This document shows positions 47,602 to 57,207 of a stretch of DNA of 64,000 bases, piece after piece; positions within the stretch are counted from its first letter, which is position 1, and each line of letters opens with the position of its first letter. A model generated the notes under the pieces. That model did no database searches. It saw nothing but the letters and a program-made list of their open reading frames with translations, and was not told where the DNA came from. The translations under genes and the position numbers were made by a program. The DNA lies in the sequence record PV593634.1; one strand, given 5' to 3'.

Positions 47602-49761
47602 ATGCAACAGAATTTCCGTTTTAACACTGCCGGTAACGGTGCTGACCTTAAATCTCTGATCAACTCCTTCGCTTCTAACAGCGTCCGTACTACTGGTGAT
47701 AACCTGGGCCTGAAAGATATCGTTGGCGCTGAGTCTATGTCTCCTACCCTGCGCAACTTCGAAGCATCACTGGGTTTTAACGCTCGTACCGGTGTCGAAT
47801 CTGCTCTGGCTGGCTCTGATAAGTTCCAGCAGCGTGCTCAGGCTCTGCAGGATATGATCAAACACGGTGGTATGGAATCATTCTCCATGCAGTTGGATGC
47901 TGGTGCTGTTGCTCGTCAGAAAGCTGCTACCATCGATCTGAACGCCCGTTCTAACCGTCAGTGGGTTGGTGCTGAAGCACTGTTCACCACTCTGGTTGTT
48001 CCTTACGAAATGGAAGCTCTGGTTCTGCCAGTTGACGTTGCTGGTGTTGGCGCTTATAACTCTAGCGGTAACGCACAAGAAGCATGGGAACAACTGCGTC
48101 CGATCGCATCTGTTCTGGCTGACTCCAAATTCAACGCTGGTGATGACCTGAAACTGGTTCCAGTGGTTCCGGCTAACCCAGCTGACGCTAACGCAGTTAA
48201 CTTCGTTCCGTCTGCTGATTGGGCTCCGTGGGATACTACCTATGACGCTGGCGATCTGCTGGGTCGTGAAACTCACAAGACCAACTACCTGGCTATTAAG
48301 AAAATTAATAACCTGCTGTCTCTGTGCCGTGCTCCCGGTGCTGCTCCGTTTGAAAACAACGACGAAATCGAAGCGTCTTCTATCAAACTGGAAAGCCTGC
48401 TGTTCAAAATCAAAACTCTGGATGGCGAAGGTTTCTTTACCCTGGAAACTGGTTCAATGTCTGGCACTGCTGCCCGTCCTTCTACCGGTCTTACTTCTGA
48501 TGACAAACGTCAGATCAACTTCGTTCTGAATGGCTTCAACGTAACGAACCTGAAAGACAAAGACGGTAACGCAACTGCTCTGTTCAAAACTCTGCAAGAC
48601 GCTGGTCTGAAAGTGTTCCTGAGCTTCGAACTGTCTGCAACTTACAGCCGTTCTACCCGTAGCTGGTCTCCGACCATCAGCCCTGTTGCTGTTGCATACG
48701 TGATCAACAAAGACGGCGACAAACTGGTCCCAGGTACTCCTGGTATGCCGGAAGACATCGCTAACCTGATCACTGCTCAGACCGTCGCAGTTTCCGTTCA
48801 CGGTCTGCTGCTGAAACTGAACCACGCGAACACCAACCGTAGCCGTTACGGTACCACTGTTGTTTACGCTAACACCGTTAAGACTTACAACATCAACCGT
48901 CGTCAACCGATCTCCGTTAAGTATCCGATGCTGAACGAAGATAACAACGCTGACGTTCTGGCGATGCTGGTTAAGCAGATGGACGTTATGGTAACCCGTA
49001 ACATGTCCCATGATGCATTCAAAGCAGCTCACGCTCACTTTGACTACGTCTACGACAACAACGGTATGAAGATCGTTAACATTAACGATGACTCTTCTTC
49101 TGTACTGCCTGGTCAGCACTTCCTGGCGACCACTGGTATCGAAGCTAAGATGGATCTGATCAAAGAAGTATCTACGCTGGATAGCAAAGATACTCGCGAC
49201 AACATCGAAGCTGCTCTGGTCAACAAGATCTATGACGTGATCACTGCACTGCGTATTAACTCCAACATCTCCGCTCTGAAAGAGCTGGACGGTCGTGAAG
49301 AGAAATATACCATCGTAGCTCACGCTGCTCTGGCTCCGTTCCTGATGACTACTGGTGACTACCGTACCTTCGGTCAGAACATCAAGTTCAACATCGTTGA
49401 AACTAACATCGATAGCGAAATTGGTCGTATGTGGATCGTTCCAGAATCTCAGAGCAAAGAAGGTTCTATCGATATCTTCGGTGGCATGGGTATCTGTGTG
49501 ACTAAAGAACTGCTGGTAATCGAAGGTTCTGTAAACCAGAGCGATCGTCAATACCGCATGATCATCACTCAGCCTGCTTATCAGCACCACGCGCTGTGTC
49601 CGGTTGTAGGTCGTGTTCAGATTACTGACATCGACAAGCTGCTGGGCGACGAAGGTCTGATCACCAAGGTCAACAAGCACCTGGCTGAAATCAGTGGTTC
49701 CATCAAAGTTGATGGCGCAGCCGCTGGTACCGGTAAAGAAGTAGAAATCGACATTCCTTAA
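47602..49761 (+). CDS. Major capsid protein precursor (phiKZ gp120-like)
   Basis: 719 aa; extreme preferred-codon bias; N-terminal propeptide with GAESM, GVESA, GMESF; synteny; own terminator. Confidence 0.9.
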   Translation: MQQNFRFNTAGNGADLKSLINSFASNSVRTTGDNLGLKDIVGAESMSPTLRNFEASLGFNARTGVESALAGSDKFQQRAQALQDMIKHGGMESFSMQLDAGAVARQKAATIDLNARSNRQWVGAEALFTTLVVPYEMEALVLPVDVAGVGAYNSSGNAQEAWEQLRPIASVLADSKFNAGDDLKLVPVVPANPADANAVNFVPSADWAPWDTTYDAGDLLGRETHKTNYLAIKKINNLLSLCRAPGAAPFENNDEIEASSIKLESLLFKIKTLDGEGFFTLETGSMSGTAARPSTGLTSDDKRQINFVLNGFNVTNLKDKDGNATALFKTLQDAGLKVFLSFELSATYSRSTRSWSPTISPVAVAYVINKDGDKLVPGTPGMPEDIANLITAQTVAVSVHGLLLKLNHANTNRSRYGTTVVYANTVKTYNINRRQPISVKYPMLNEDNNADVLAMLVKQMDVMVTRNMSHDAFKAAHAHFDYVYDNNGMKIVNINDDSSSVLPGQHFLATTGIEAKMDLIKEVSTLDSKDTRDNIEAALVNKIYDVITALRINSNISALKELDGREEKYTIVAHAALAPFLMTTGDYRTFGQNIKFNIVETNIDSEIGRMWIVPESQSKEGSIDIFGGMGICVTKELLVIEGSVNQSDRQYRMIITQPAYQHHALCPVVGRVQITDIDKLLGDEGLITKVNKHLAEISGSIKVDGAAAGTGKEVEIDIP

Positions 49762-49802
49762 TAGAACGTTGATCTACGGATTAATTAAGTCATAGCACTT
49801 AT

Positions 49803-49835
49803 CCTCCTACCCTGGGCATAGCCTGGGGTAGGGGG
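49803..49835 (+). terminator. Terminator after major capsid gene
   Basis: CCTCCTACCCTGGGC-ATA-GCCTGGGGTAGGGGG-TTTTT. Confidence 0.8.
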
Positions 49836-49868
49836 TTTTTGCTGTTCATTTCACTTTCGCTAATTATT

Positions 49869-49892
49869 TTTAAACAGATATTATCTAAGGGT
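49869..49892 (+). promoter_or_regulatory. Candidate phage (early) promoter motif
   Basis: TTTAAACAGATATTATCTAAGGGT; heads the operon containing nvRNAP beta-N. Confidence 0.6.
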
Positions 49893-49929
49893 AGAGGTAT
49901 TAGATGTTATTAACAAAAGGAGTATAATA

Positions 49930-51015
49930 GTGGGTATGGTTAGTGGTGATCATTGGCATCACGCTGGCAATACACCATACGTTGAAGGAATAGAGTATTA
50001 CAATTACTCTGACTACGATATTGTCATAACTGACCGACTGGGTGTGGAGATTGAAATCCTACGCTCTGAGGAAAGACCTGCGAGGCTAGAAGACCGAGGG
50101 AAGGTAATCGCATTGGTGACAAGAGTAGTCGATCCTAGACGTGTGAACATTGCTAGTACGGATGCGATACTCGCTGCTGACAGAATGTATCTTGAGACCT
50201 TCAAGCAATCTGTAGAACGGCAGCGCGCCAATATGGCGACATGGGTATCAGAACACGATCAAATGCGATCGATTTGTCAAGGTGAGATCCGTTTGGATTT
50301 CCACCAAGCTACAACTGTAGCAAAGTCCAACCTTTTAGGAATTACCATAAGAGCTACTAATAACCGAGTAGCTAAAGTTCATGGTAATACACCAGAAGGT
50401 TTTATCAGAGACACAATTGTCCCAGAACTCGAAAGAGCAGATGAGGCAGCTGACGAAGGTAAGGACAAAGGGACACGAACTGTGTTCTCTGCACGTCTTA
50501 TCGACAACCACAATCGAGTAGGTGCTCTCTGGACCAGTGGGTTCGGTGAAGTATCTAAAATAATCCCTGTACGGGACGAGGAGCAGAAAGAAGGGCTATA
50601 CTTAGCCGGTGGATTAAACTTAAGTCTTAAACTGTTTGTACCTATTGACGAACTGATGGATCCAAAACGATTACTCAGTCTAAACTTACATCTAACCGAA
50701 ATAGAGGCTAGACGATATAACCTAGGAGATCATGTAACTTCCGTTACTACGGAAAGAGATAAAGCAAGAAAAGAAGTGAGAGACCTCAGAGCTGAGAATA
50801 AGAAACTCAGCGATAAAGTTACCGACCTGGAAACTAAAGCAACCGTGGAGAAGATCAACAAAGCCCACAGTGACTTTAAGAATACAGTTATGTTTGAAAA
50901 CATAAAAGAAAACAACGTTAACAATGCTCTAGGTAATGTGTCGAGATTATTGGGACTCGTCTTAGGAAATATAAAGACGTTTATCACTTTCGTTACTTTC
51001 TTGAAAGCAATGTAA
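49930..51015 (+). CDS. Conserved protein with coiled coil and C-terminal hydrophobic helix (phiKZ gp122-like)
   Basis: GTG start with SD AGGAG; heptad region ERDKARKEVRDLRAENKKLSDKVTDLE; synteny. Confidence 0.6.
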   Translation: MGMVSGDHWHHAGNTPYVEGIEYYNYSDYDIVITDRLGVEIEILRSEERPARLEDRGKVIALVTRVVDPRRVNIASTDAILAADRMYLETFKQSVERQRANMATWVSEHDQMRSICQGEIRLDFHQATTVAKSNLLGITIRATNNRVAKVHGNTPEGFIRDTIVPELERADEAADEGKDKGTRTVFSARLIDNHNRVGALWTSGFGEVSKIIPVRDEEQKEGLYLAGGLNLSLKLFVPIDELMDPKRLLSLNLHLTEIEARRYNLGDHVTSVTTERDKARKEVRDLRAENKKLSDKVTDLETKATVEKINKAHSDFKNTVMFENIKENNVNNALGNVSRLLGLVLGNIKTFITFVTFLKAM

Positions 51016-51031
51016 ATTAGAAGGAGACAAG

Positions 51032-52723
51032 ATGGATCCGCAACTGCTTAAAAAGATTCGTGAAGAACGCGGAGGCTTCACGCAAGCTTTAGTTGAAGGT
51101 TGGCATAAGAAGGATATGGATAAGATCATTCCGCATCTAACGAAGTGCTTTGAGAACATGTTCAGGTCCTTACGGGAAAAGGGCTATTACTTTGATGGTA
51201 TTGAAGAGGTTTGCCCTCTGGAGTTCTATAACTCAATTACTCGTTCAAGTAGTAGTGGGACCAAAGACTTCGAGATTGCCAAGAACAGTTTCTTTGGGGT
51301 TCGTATGCTGAACCACTATAAGGATCCTGAGACAGGCATCGAGTCAGAACTGAAATGCCCTCTGATGTTCTTGCCATATACAAACATATATGGTGACGTC
51401 TTTGCACGTAACTCCACTTATTCCATGCAGTTGGTTATGTCGGAACGTGGACCATGTGTAGATGGCGGTCGTGATAAATCGATCTTTATCCGTGTGCTGG
51501 GATATAAGTTCAAAGTAACAAAGGAAATCCACACGTTCAACCGAGTATTCAGAACCGGTAACAATGTGCAGACAGGTGCCATTAACATGACGCTTCCTGC
51601 CAACCGTTTCTATAACTCCAAGAATGATCGTAAGATAACCAGTAAGAAGGTTCCAATCCCATTACTGGCGTGGTACGTATTTGGTAAGTACGGATTCACA
51701 CACTGCATGAAACAATTTGCCGAATGTGAATACATGATCGATACCTTAGATACGTTACTGGATATCTGCCCTGAGTCAGAAGGTTGGGAGATCTATTCTA
51801 ACACTGGCCAGATCCATCCTAAAGCGTTTGACCGACCAAAGGGTGCTCCTGTATTGGATGATCCTGCAATCGCTGTTAAGAGCGCTAATAAAGGTGGTGA
51901 GATCTCCAACCTCGGTTTGCAGTATGTTGGTGGACTGTTGTTTATGTTCGGTGTGTTCAGTCACGAACTGGATATCCGTAGACTGGATGACATTAACTAT
52001 TGGCGTTGGATCATTGGCAGATGTTCTATTCGCTTACCATCCCATACAAATCCAGATGTGTATCTTCGTCAGATGAACGAACACTTCAGCTCCGTTGAAG
52101 AGTACGCTGACGATATTACCATCGACAAGTATAACAAGTTCGATATTGAAGTACGTGATACGTATGAATTGTTGAACTACCTGATGATGAACTATTCGTC
52201 TCTGATCAAGTTGTACGATCCTGCGAACATGCTCCACAAAGAGCTTGCTTCCATGGAATTCATCGTAGACTTCCTGATTCACCAGGCGAATGAATTCAAA
52301 TTCATGGTCCGTAATAAAAGCAATATCACTCCGAAGATTATCAACAGAGAACTCGATGCGCACTTCCGCCTGTTCAACGCTGATAAAACGGTATTGCAAA
52401 ATAATACAATCCTCGAACAAACCGGTACAGATAACCCATTCGTCGACTACGGCTTAGGTGTTATCCATCAGACCAAGTCCACCGTTAACCGGGGACCTGG
52501 GAAGAAGAAGGAAGAGTTCGATCCAAACCATCCGGGTAGCATCATACATGCTTCACAGCCCTTCGTAGGCTCATATCAGTTTTCTACGAAACCTAACCCG
52601 GATGCTCGAGGCTTCTTACAGCCACGTGTTCATTTGGAGCAGGATAAGTATACTGCATTGAGACCGGAGGACAGGGAGTTGTATGAGGCGACCATGCATC
52701 GTCTTAAATTTAGAGAAAGATAA
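51032..52723 (+). CDS. rpoB: Non-virion RNA polymerase beta subunit, N-terminal part (phiKZ gp123-like)
   Basis: 563 aa; LFLPY...STYSMQLV beta region A/B similarity; C-terminal HASQP..KPNPDARG; synteny. Confidence 0.8.
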   Translation: MDPQLLKKIREERGGFTQALVEGWHKKDMDKIIPHLTKCFENMFRSLREKGYYFDGIEEVCPLEFYNSITRSSSSGTKDFEIAKNSFFGVRMLNHYKDPETGIESELKCPLMFLPYTNIYGDVFARNSTYSMQLVMSERGPCVDGGRDKSIFIRVLGYKFKVTKEIHTFNRVFRTGNNVQTGAINMTLPANRFYNSKNDRKITSKKVPIPLLAWYVFGKYGFTHCMKQFAECEYMIDTLDTLLDICPESEGWEIYSNTGQIHPKAFDRPKGAPVLDDPAIAVKSANKGGEISNLGLQYVGGLLFMFGVFSHELDIRRLDDINYWRWIIGRCSIRLPSHTNPDVYLRQMNEHFSSVEEYADDITIDKYNKFDIEVRDTYELLNYLMMNYSSLIKLYDPANMLHKELASMEFIVDFLIHQANEFKFMVRNKSNITPKIINRELDAHFRLFNADKTVLQNNTILEQTGTDNPFVDYGLGVIHQTKSTVNRGPGKKKEEFDPNHPGSIIHASQPFVGSYQFSTKPNPDARGFLQPRVHLEQDKYTALRPEDRELYEATMHRLKFRER

Positions 52724-52734
52724 GGAAAACTTAA

Positions 52735-55158
52735 ATGAACAACGGTCAATCACGTGTATTCCAGGGCGCTCAAACTCGTAACATCAATACCGCAGAACAG
52801 ATGTACGGTCAACCTCAGCAGCCAGGCCAACAGCAACCTCAGCAACTTCAGCAGAACGCTCTGGCTGCATTGATGCAGTTCTCTAGCAAAGTAACACAGC
52901 AGATGAACCAGCCGAACTCTGGGGCGTCTCTGTATACAACGTCTAACCGTAACAGTACTTATTCCCATTTGTTATCTATGGATGACAATATGGCGGAGGA
53001 GCAGATCAAAGCTGAAGCAATTGCAAACGCATCTCAGGTTGGTCAATACGCATGGCAGGTGTGTGCTCGTCGTGTTAGTAACAACCCATATTACAAAATC
53101 CATATGGGTGCTCGTGAACGTTTTAAATGCCCTAAGCGTTCCTTACCTCAAGATCCAACTCTGACTTCGTTCATTGCTGAGATCGATGCCAACAACACTC
53201 TGTATCAGTTAATCCTGGCAAACGTTTCTATTATGTTCGCCGCTGATATGGCTCGTGAAATTATCGCCGGTAACGAAGCTGTTCGTACAGACCGTAAAGT
53301 TACTGACGATATTTATTACCGCTGCACCATTGATGCTATCAATATGCAGTTCTATCATTATCTTTCAACTCACCCAGAAGGTTCTCAGATCTTCCATCGT
53401 GCTTCTCCGGTTGTTCGTGAGGTTCTGGCAGCTAACGAAAACGGCATCTATAACCTGTGTCTTGATCGTTTCACCTTTGTAGGTGGTCAATGCCCTTGGC
53501 GTAACGGCGCGATTGCTGAGTTGACTCAGCGTGCTTCTATGCCAAGTACTCTGCTCGAAATGGGTAGTCCGTTAGATATGGGCTTTGGTGGGAACTATTA
53601 TGAGAAGCAGGCAGCCGCCGGTGGAATCATGACAGGCACCCAACAGTTCGATCAAAACAATGGCCTGGAAGAAATGAATGCGTGGATTCGTCAACGTGCT
53701 CAACAGTTTAACGATGAGCAACGTACTTCACAAATCCATACCGATCAGCCGTGCATCCAATCGACCTATGGTGCTGCACCTATCGTCCTGACGGATATCG
53801 AACTGATGACTCGCGAAAACCGCCATCGTTATAACCTGGAAGACTGGGCAACCAGAATCCCGAATACAGAATGGTACGTGGTGAAAGCAAAGCACATGGA
53901 CATTCTGTGTCGCTATATGACTATGGATGACGGTATTCCATATCGTTCTCGTGATACTCGTGTAGTCGGAACTGTTCCTGTCTATCGTTTTAACTGGATG
54001 GAAGGTACGTTTAACTTCAAGCTGGTGAAACACAACCTTAAGGATTTCGATCTGATGAGCGCTTTGGTCAGCAACCCTGAGAAGCTGCTACCCTATATGT
54101 TTGATGAAAACGGTGTTCAGAAATCTTCTTGGGATCCAGTAGTAATGGAAACCAATAAGTTCATGGCCGCTGATGGCATCATTCTGCCGGTAGGTGAAAT
54201 GAAAGAACTCGAGAAAGAACCACAAGTTCTGATCGGGAATAAACCAATGAAAGCAAACCTGGGTAACGAAGCCCTGGTAAACCGCATTGATGTTCTGACT
54301 CAAACTTACGATCCGAAGAAACAACTGGACGCATTTGTTGTCCCTACAGTTATCACTCGTGAGTGGCAGATGGAACCTCATGTAAATATGGAACGTTTCT
54401 ATAAGCAATTCAACGTAATGGTTCAGGGTAACACCGAAGGCCGTCGTGAAACTATGGAAGTGATCCGTGCAATCCGTACCGCGTATAACAGTTGTGAATC
54501 TGAAGAGTTCTCTGCATTCGTCAAACCGTACATCACTAACCTGGTGAACCGTTATTTGGTGGAAGTAGCTGGCTTTGCAGAAACCTTTAAAGAATCCAAA
54601 GAGTCTACCGTTGGTCAGTTGTTCCAACACTCTACCGACATCTTTGAAGATCTGGAAGATTGGGCTCAATGGCTGTCCAATAATGACATGCCAACTCTGC
54701 GTGCTTGGAATGATTATCAGTCCAATACCTTTATGCGCATGGGTATTGAAACTCTGATGTCACCTGAACAAGTTCAGGCTGAGTATAAAGAGAAGTATGG
54801 TAAAGACGAAGATCCAGTAATCGTAGCAGCAATGCTGAAGTCCGGTGAGAAAGCTGTAATCATCAGCCGTAACTCTATCTTCTTCAACATCCGTAACATG
54901 CCTGCTCCACACAACACTGAAATGTTCACCGTACAGAAATCTGTTAACCCAGAACTGTTCGCTATCGTAGCTACTGCAATTAAAGTGGCTGGTAAACATT
55001 TCGACGATGCTGAACCACAACTACTGGCTAAGTTTGAAACTGATACCGGTAATAAGGTTTATGCCATCACCCGCTCTTATTTGGATCCTCAGAACGTATT
55101 CAACGTACGTCCTATGGATTCCGGTCAGAGCTATGCGCACTGCTTACCAATTAACTAA
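52735..55158 (+). CDS. Large conserved hypothetical protein with Q-rich N-terminus
   Basis: 807 aa; SD AAGGA; follows nvRNAP beta-N gene; ends at hairpin. Confidence 0.8.
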   Translation: MNNGQSRVFQGAQTRNINTAEQMYGQPQQPGQQQPQQLQQNALAALMQFSSKVTQQMNQPNSGASLYTTSNRNSTYSHLLSMDDNMAEEQIKAEAIANASQVGQYAWQVCARRVSNNPYYKIHMGARERFKCPKRSLPQDPTLTSFIAEIDANNTLYQLILANVSIMFAADMAREIIAGNEAVRTDRKVTDDIYYRCTIDAINMQFYHYLSTHPEGSQIFHRASPVVREVLAANENGIYNLCLDRFTFVGGQCPWRNGAIAELTQRASMPSTLLEMGSPLDMGFGGNYYEKQAAAGGIMTGTQQFDQNNGLEEMNAWIRQRAQQFNDEQRTSQIHTDQPCIQSTYGAAPIVLTDIELMTRENRHRYNLEDWATRIPNTEWYVVKAKHMDILCRYMTMDDGIPYRSRDTRVVGTVPVYRFNWMEGTFNFKLVKHNLKDFDLMSALVSNPEKLLPYMFDENGVQKSSWDPVVMETNKFMAADGIILPVGEMKELEKEPQVLIGNKPMKANLGNEALVNRIDVLTQTYDPKKQLDAFVVPTVITREWQMEPHVNMERFYKQFNVMVQGNTEGRRETMEVIRAIRTAYNSCESEEFSAFVKPYITNLVNRYLVEVAGFAETFKESKESTVGQLFQHSTDIFEDLEDWAQWLSNNDMPTLRAWNDYQSNTFMRMGIETLMSPEQVQAEYKEKYGKDEDPVIVAAMLKSGEKAVIISRNSIFFNIRNMPAPHNTEMFTVQKSVNPELFAIVATAIKVAGKHFDDAEPQLLAKFETDTGNKVYAITRSYLDPQNVFNVRPMDSGQSYAHCLPIN

Positions 55159-55165
55159 TTAGAAT

Positions 55166-55191
55166 GGGGACTGGGCTTAGGCTCAGTCTCC
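55166..55191 (+). terminator. Hairpin terminator
   Basis: GGGGACTGGGC-TTAG-GCTCAGTCTCC then pyrimidine tract. Confidence 0.7.
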
Positions 55192-55295
55192 TTCTATTCC
55201 TTCCTATTTCTTTTTGTATCGTCTTTAAATAGTTTATACAGTAAAATGTGTGTTAATTATTTAAAGACCCTCACAAAGCGTTCTAGAGCGTTTTA

Positions 55296-55332
55296 AGTTG
55301 GATTCTGTTTCAGATAGATATTATTAAAGTGT
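55296..55332 (+). promoter_or_regulatory. Candidate phage (early) promoter motif
   Basis: AGTTGGATTCTGTTTCAGATAGATATTATTAAAGTGT. Confidence 0.6.
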
Positions 55333-55366
55333 TAATACAAACATTATTTTAGATAAGGATACTTCA

Positions 55367-55795
55367 ATGAAAACTTTCACTACTTCTATCTACGTTCCGC
55401 ATACCGCTAAAGCTGATATGACTAACAGCGACGTTGAACAAATGTCTTACAGTTTGGACAAAGCTGTTTCATTGCCTTTAGATATCGGTCATGGTGGTCT
55501 GGATGATATTAAGTTAGGTGAAGAGTTCATTCTTAAAGTGAATGGAACGCACGAACGCCACGAAATTAAAATGCGCGGTATTCATGGTGGTGTTGGTAAG
55601 ATCAAGTTTATGTTCGTAGAACCTTCTGATCCAGCAGTACATCGCTTTGCGGAATGGCGTATTAAGAAGATCAACCTGATGAGTATGAAGGATGGTTCCG
55701 AATTACAACTGCGCGATTTCGGACCTACACAACTGCGTCGTTTGATGCGCCATGCAATCGCTAAAGGTGAGCGTAACCTGGTAACTTATCGTTAA
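55367..55795 (+). CDS. Hypothetical (putative early) protein
   Basis: SD AAGGA; downstream of promoter-like motif. Confidence 0.7.
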   Translation: MKTFTTSIYVPHTAKADMTNSDVEQMSYSLDKAVSLPLDIGHGGLDDIKLGEEFILKVNGTHERHEIKMRGIHGGVGKIKFMFVEPSDPAVHRFAEWRIKKINLMSMKDGSELQLRDFGPTQLRRLMRHAIAKGERNLVTYR

Positions 55796-55809
55796 TAAGG
55801 AATAGACAA

Positions 55810-56385
55810 ATGAATACCCCTAATAACAAGCCAGTAATTGGAGTGTTGTTTAACGATCCGGCTAAACCAATTGGCGAAGCGGTTACTTATGTGGATACCA
55901 GTGGCAACCAACATCATTCTAAACCTTTGATGGAAATCGATTTACCAGAACTCAGAATGTTCAAATTGCTAAACGGTGACATGAAAGTTATCAATGAAAG
56001 CTATTGGGACGAGTACGAAGAACAGTCACAGGGTATGGATGACCTGGAACACAATACCATTATTAGTATAGCTAATATCAACATTAAAGGTTACATTGAA
56101 ATTCTGTCTATGGAGTTCATACAGGAGTTCATGAAAACCTTACCTTACGATAGACGCATTACAGATGTCGACCAAGCGATACTCGATAAACGAATTGAGC
56201 TATCGAACATTCTTGATGAGCTATTTAAAGAACATAAAAACCTTGTAGGTTATGGGCATAATGGCCACGAGGAAGCAATGGAGTTACAGGACCGTTATTG
56301 GAAATACTTCCGCGGTTGGATGAAGTCGTTATTAAGATGGAAATACCAGTCAATTGGATTCGATCCAGATGTTTGGTGTAAGTAA
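55810..56385 (+). CDS. Hypothetical protein
   Basis: SD AAGGA; 191 aa. Confidence 0.7.
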   Translation: MNTPNNKPVIGVLFNDPAKPIGEAVTYVDTSGNQHHSKPLMEIDLPELRMFKLLNGDMKVINESYWDEYEEQSQGMDDLEHNTIISIANINIKGYIEILSMEFIQEFMKTLPYDRRITDVDQAILDKRIELSNILDELFKEHKNLVGYGHNGHEEAMELQDRYWKYFRGWMKSLLRWKYQSIGFDPDVWCK

Positions 56386-56401
56386 TTAGCAGTTAGATTT
56401 C

Positions 56402-56438
56402 AGTTGTATTCTTTTTCAGACATATATAATTTAAGTGT
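56402..56438 (+). promoter_or_regulatory. Candidate phage (early) promoter motif
   Basis: AGTTGTATTCTTTTTCAGACATATATAATTTAAGTGT. Confidence 0.5.
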
Positions 56439-56492
56439 AAATACATACAGTATTACATTAACCTAACCAATCTACTTAGAAGGAAATATATC

Positions 56493-57143
56493 ATGACTAC
56501 TACCACTAAAGCTAAAGCAAACGAAACCACTATCGCTCTGAACAACGAAGCTGTTGAAGCAATCATCGAAGGTCAGGCGACTGTTGTAGCAGTAGAAGAA
56601 AAGAATGAATTCGAAGCAATGATGGAAGCTCCGCTGGAACCAGTCGAGCAAACAACCGAAACTGAAGAGGGTATCAAAATGAACGCAGATCAGAAAATCA
56701 AAGCAGCACAGGCAGCACTGAAAAACATTAATGAAGAACAAGCACAAGCTGGTTTCAGCTGGGCTGCAGTAGTAACTTCTTCAGCAGTAACTGGCATCAT
56801 CGTCGGTGCTCGTATGGCAACTCGTAACATGATCATCGCTGATACTGAAGTAGTTGGTGAGCAAGATACTCTGAAGCCTTACAGCGGTGTAGAAATCGCA
56901 GCACGTATGGCTGGCGCTATGTTGGTATCTGGTGGTATCAATGCCGGTCTGCAGAAAGCATCCAAGTTCGTATCTGGTAACCAGTACAACCTGTTCACTG
57001 CAACAAGTGCTGTAGCTCATGGTACTGCTCTGGTTGATACCCTGTTCGGTGATAGCCTGGTAGAAATGGTTGGTGGGGTGGTAGCTGGTAAAGCTGAAGA
57101 AGCAGAAGTAGCTGAAACTCAGTTCATTGAAGACGAAGCATAA
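56493..57143 (+). CDS. Putative membrane-associated early protein
   Basis: Acidic ends; Gly/Ala-rich hydrophobic segments; SD AAGGA; promoter-like motif upstream. Confidence 0.7.
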   Translation: MTTTTKAKANETTIALNNEAVEAIIEGQATVVAVEEKNEFEAMMEAPLEPVEQTTETEEGIKMNADQKIKAAQAALKNINEEQAQAGFSWAAVVTSSAVTGIIVGARMATRNMIIADTEVVGEQDTLKPYSGVEIAARMAGAMLVSGGINAGLQKASKFVSGNQYNLFTATSAVAHGTALVDTLFGDSLVEMVGGVVAGKAEEAEVAETQFIEDEA

Positions 57144-57149
57144 TAGTAA

Positions 57150-57179
57150 CCTCCTACTCACCTAAGGGTGAGTAGGAGG
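57150..57179. terminator. Bidirectional hairpin terminator between convergent genes
   Basis: CCTCCTACTCACC-TAAG-GGTGAGTAGGAGG. Confidence 0.8.
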
Positions 57180-57207
57180 ATTAACTATAACTTATTTATT
57201 TTTGTTC

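Noticed and set aside
48454-49680. 408-aa - strand ORF
   Set aside because: Shadow frame of the major capsid gene; the same applies to the many other nested antisense ORFs in the track
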